Source: a virus (taxonomy: Duplodnaviria; Heunggongvirae; Uroviricota; Caudoviricetes). Taken from it: a stretch of 25,709 nucleotides of DNA. The position numbers were made by a program, and so were the translations under genes. The notes beneath the pieces are model-generated. The model had not been told where the DNA came from. It worked only from the letters and a program-made list of their open reading frames with translations, and did not search any database. The DNA lies in the IMG/VR virus record IMGVR_UViG_2547132488_000024, positions 1 through 25,709 of that record; one strand, written 5' to 3'. Of this stretch, positions 24,720 to 25,709 are shown one piece after another. Each line of letters starts with the position of its first letter. The first letter of the stretch is position 1.

Positions 24720-25709
24720 ATGGCAATTAAAGCGCTCGATGGTGGACGGTATAAAGTGGATGTTAGACCGCGTGGCCGAAGTGGACGTCGGATTCAGCGG
24801 ATTTTTAAGAAAAAGGCAGATGCAGTGGCCTTTGAGCGTTATGTTCTCAGCCACATGCACGATAAGGAATGGCTTGAAAAGCCAACAGAGCAACGTCATC
24901 TCTCAGATCTGCTTCCATTATGGTGGGAATTGGGTGGACGCAATAAGCCATATGCTAACGGCGTTCTAACCAGGTTGAAAAAAATCATCAAAGAAATGAA
25001 TGATCCAAGGGTTAGCCAGATTAATGCTCGTTTCATGGCCGCTTATCGAAGCTCCCGTTTATCCTTGGGAGTAAAAGAGTCTACTGTTCGGCGTGATGAG
25101 TCGGATCTCGGAGGAATGTTTACACTCCTGGCAAATGCCGGGGAATTTCACGGAGAAAATCCGCTCCGCGCCCTCCCCTCTTTGAAACGAAAATCACCCG
25201 AAATGACGTATCTCACCACGGAAGAAATCGCCAAATTACTGGATGCAGTAAGCGGTGATGCCCGGCGGATTACGCTACTTTGTCTCAGTACTGGGGCGAG
25301 ATGGGGAGAAGCGAAAAATCTGCGCGCGGAACACATCATCAATAATCGCGTGACGTTTAACAAAACTAAAAACGGAAAAGTTCGAATTATTCCTGTCTCT
25401 GATGAAGTTGTTAGTGAGATCAAAACAAAGAAATCCGGCCTTTTGTTTGACGTCAATTATGAGGAATATCGCAAGGTGCTTCGCAGTGTTAAGCCAGACC
25501 TACCAAAAGGACAGGCTGTACATGTTCTACGCCATACCTTTGCTGCTCACTTTATGATTAATGGAGGAAATATACTTACGCTCCAGCGAATTATGGGGCA
25601 CGCCACGATCCAGCAAACTATGACCTATGCGCACCTCGCTCCTGATTTCCTCCAGGATGCAATTTCACTTAATCCGTTAAAAGGAGGCATCCACATTTCA
25701 TCCACATAA
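24720..25709 (+). CDS. int: Tyrosine integrase (P2 Int-like), 329 aa from ATG 24720 (RBS GGAGG); stop coincides with window end
   Basis: MAIK..DGGRY.VD..P.GR start, LSTGARWGEA, HVLRHTFA.HFMINGG and YAHLAP catalytic-region motifs match P2 Int. Confidence 0.9.
   Translation: MAIKALDGGRYKVDVRPRGRSGRRIQRIFKKKADAVAFERYVLSHMHDKEWLEKPTEQRHLSDLLPLWWELGGRNKPYANGVLTRLKKIIKEMNDPRVSQINARFMAAYRSSRLSLGVKESTVRRDESDLGGMFTLLANAGEFHGENPLRALPSLKRKSPEMTYLTTEEIAKLLDAVSGDARRITLLCLSTGARWGEAKNLRAEHIINNRVTFNKTKNGKVRIIPVSDEVVSEIKTKKSGLLFDVNYEEYRKVLRSVKPDLPKGQAVHVLRHTFAAHFMINGGNILTLQRIMGHATIQQTMTYAHLAPDFLQDAISLNPLKGGIHISST

Larger units (their letters stand above)
310..25709. mobile_element. P2-like prophage, apparently truncated/defective: lacks the tail sheath/tube/tape-measure/D/ogr module and has an amber codon in scaffold gene O; right boundary beyond window
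   Basis: Gene order G-H-I-J-W-V-S-R-lysis-X-L-M-N-O / P-Q / cos region / A / early genes / cox-like / C / int matches reverse-complemented P2 map; left boundary uncertain. Confidence 0.85.

Overview
The window is dominated by a P2-like (Peduovirus-type) temperate prophage read in reverse orientation, and it looks defective. All calls are from reading the sequence and recalled P2/R1 protein sequences; no database search was run. Left to right: a 60-nt tRNA-Ser(UGA) 3' fragment (att-like core) with terminators (1-768); then on the minus strand the tail-fibre/baseplate genes G-H-I-J-W-V, tail completion S-R, a lysis cassette (spanins, M15 endolysin, holin), X, L, M, N, and a capsid scaffold gene O broken by one in-frame TAG; then P and Q on the plus strand. 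The cos-proximal accessory region (14.6-17.1 kb), where P2 carries old/tin, instead holds an orphan 89-aa gene, a structured small ORF/RNA and a ParM/ParR-like actin-type module with palindromic parC-like repeats. After replication gene A, the early operon carries small orphan genes, an SPFH/band-7 lipoprotein with membrane partner, a Cox-like regulator, repressor C and a P2-type integrase ending at the window edge. The tail sheath/tube/tape-measure/D/ogr module expected left of G is absent. The most interesting candidates are the ParMR-like module, the SPFH pair, the O amber codon, and several small structured elements.
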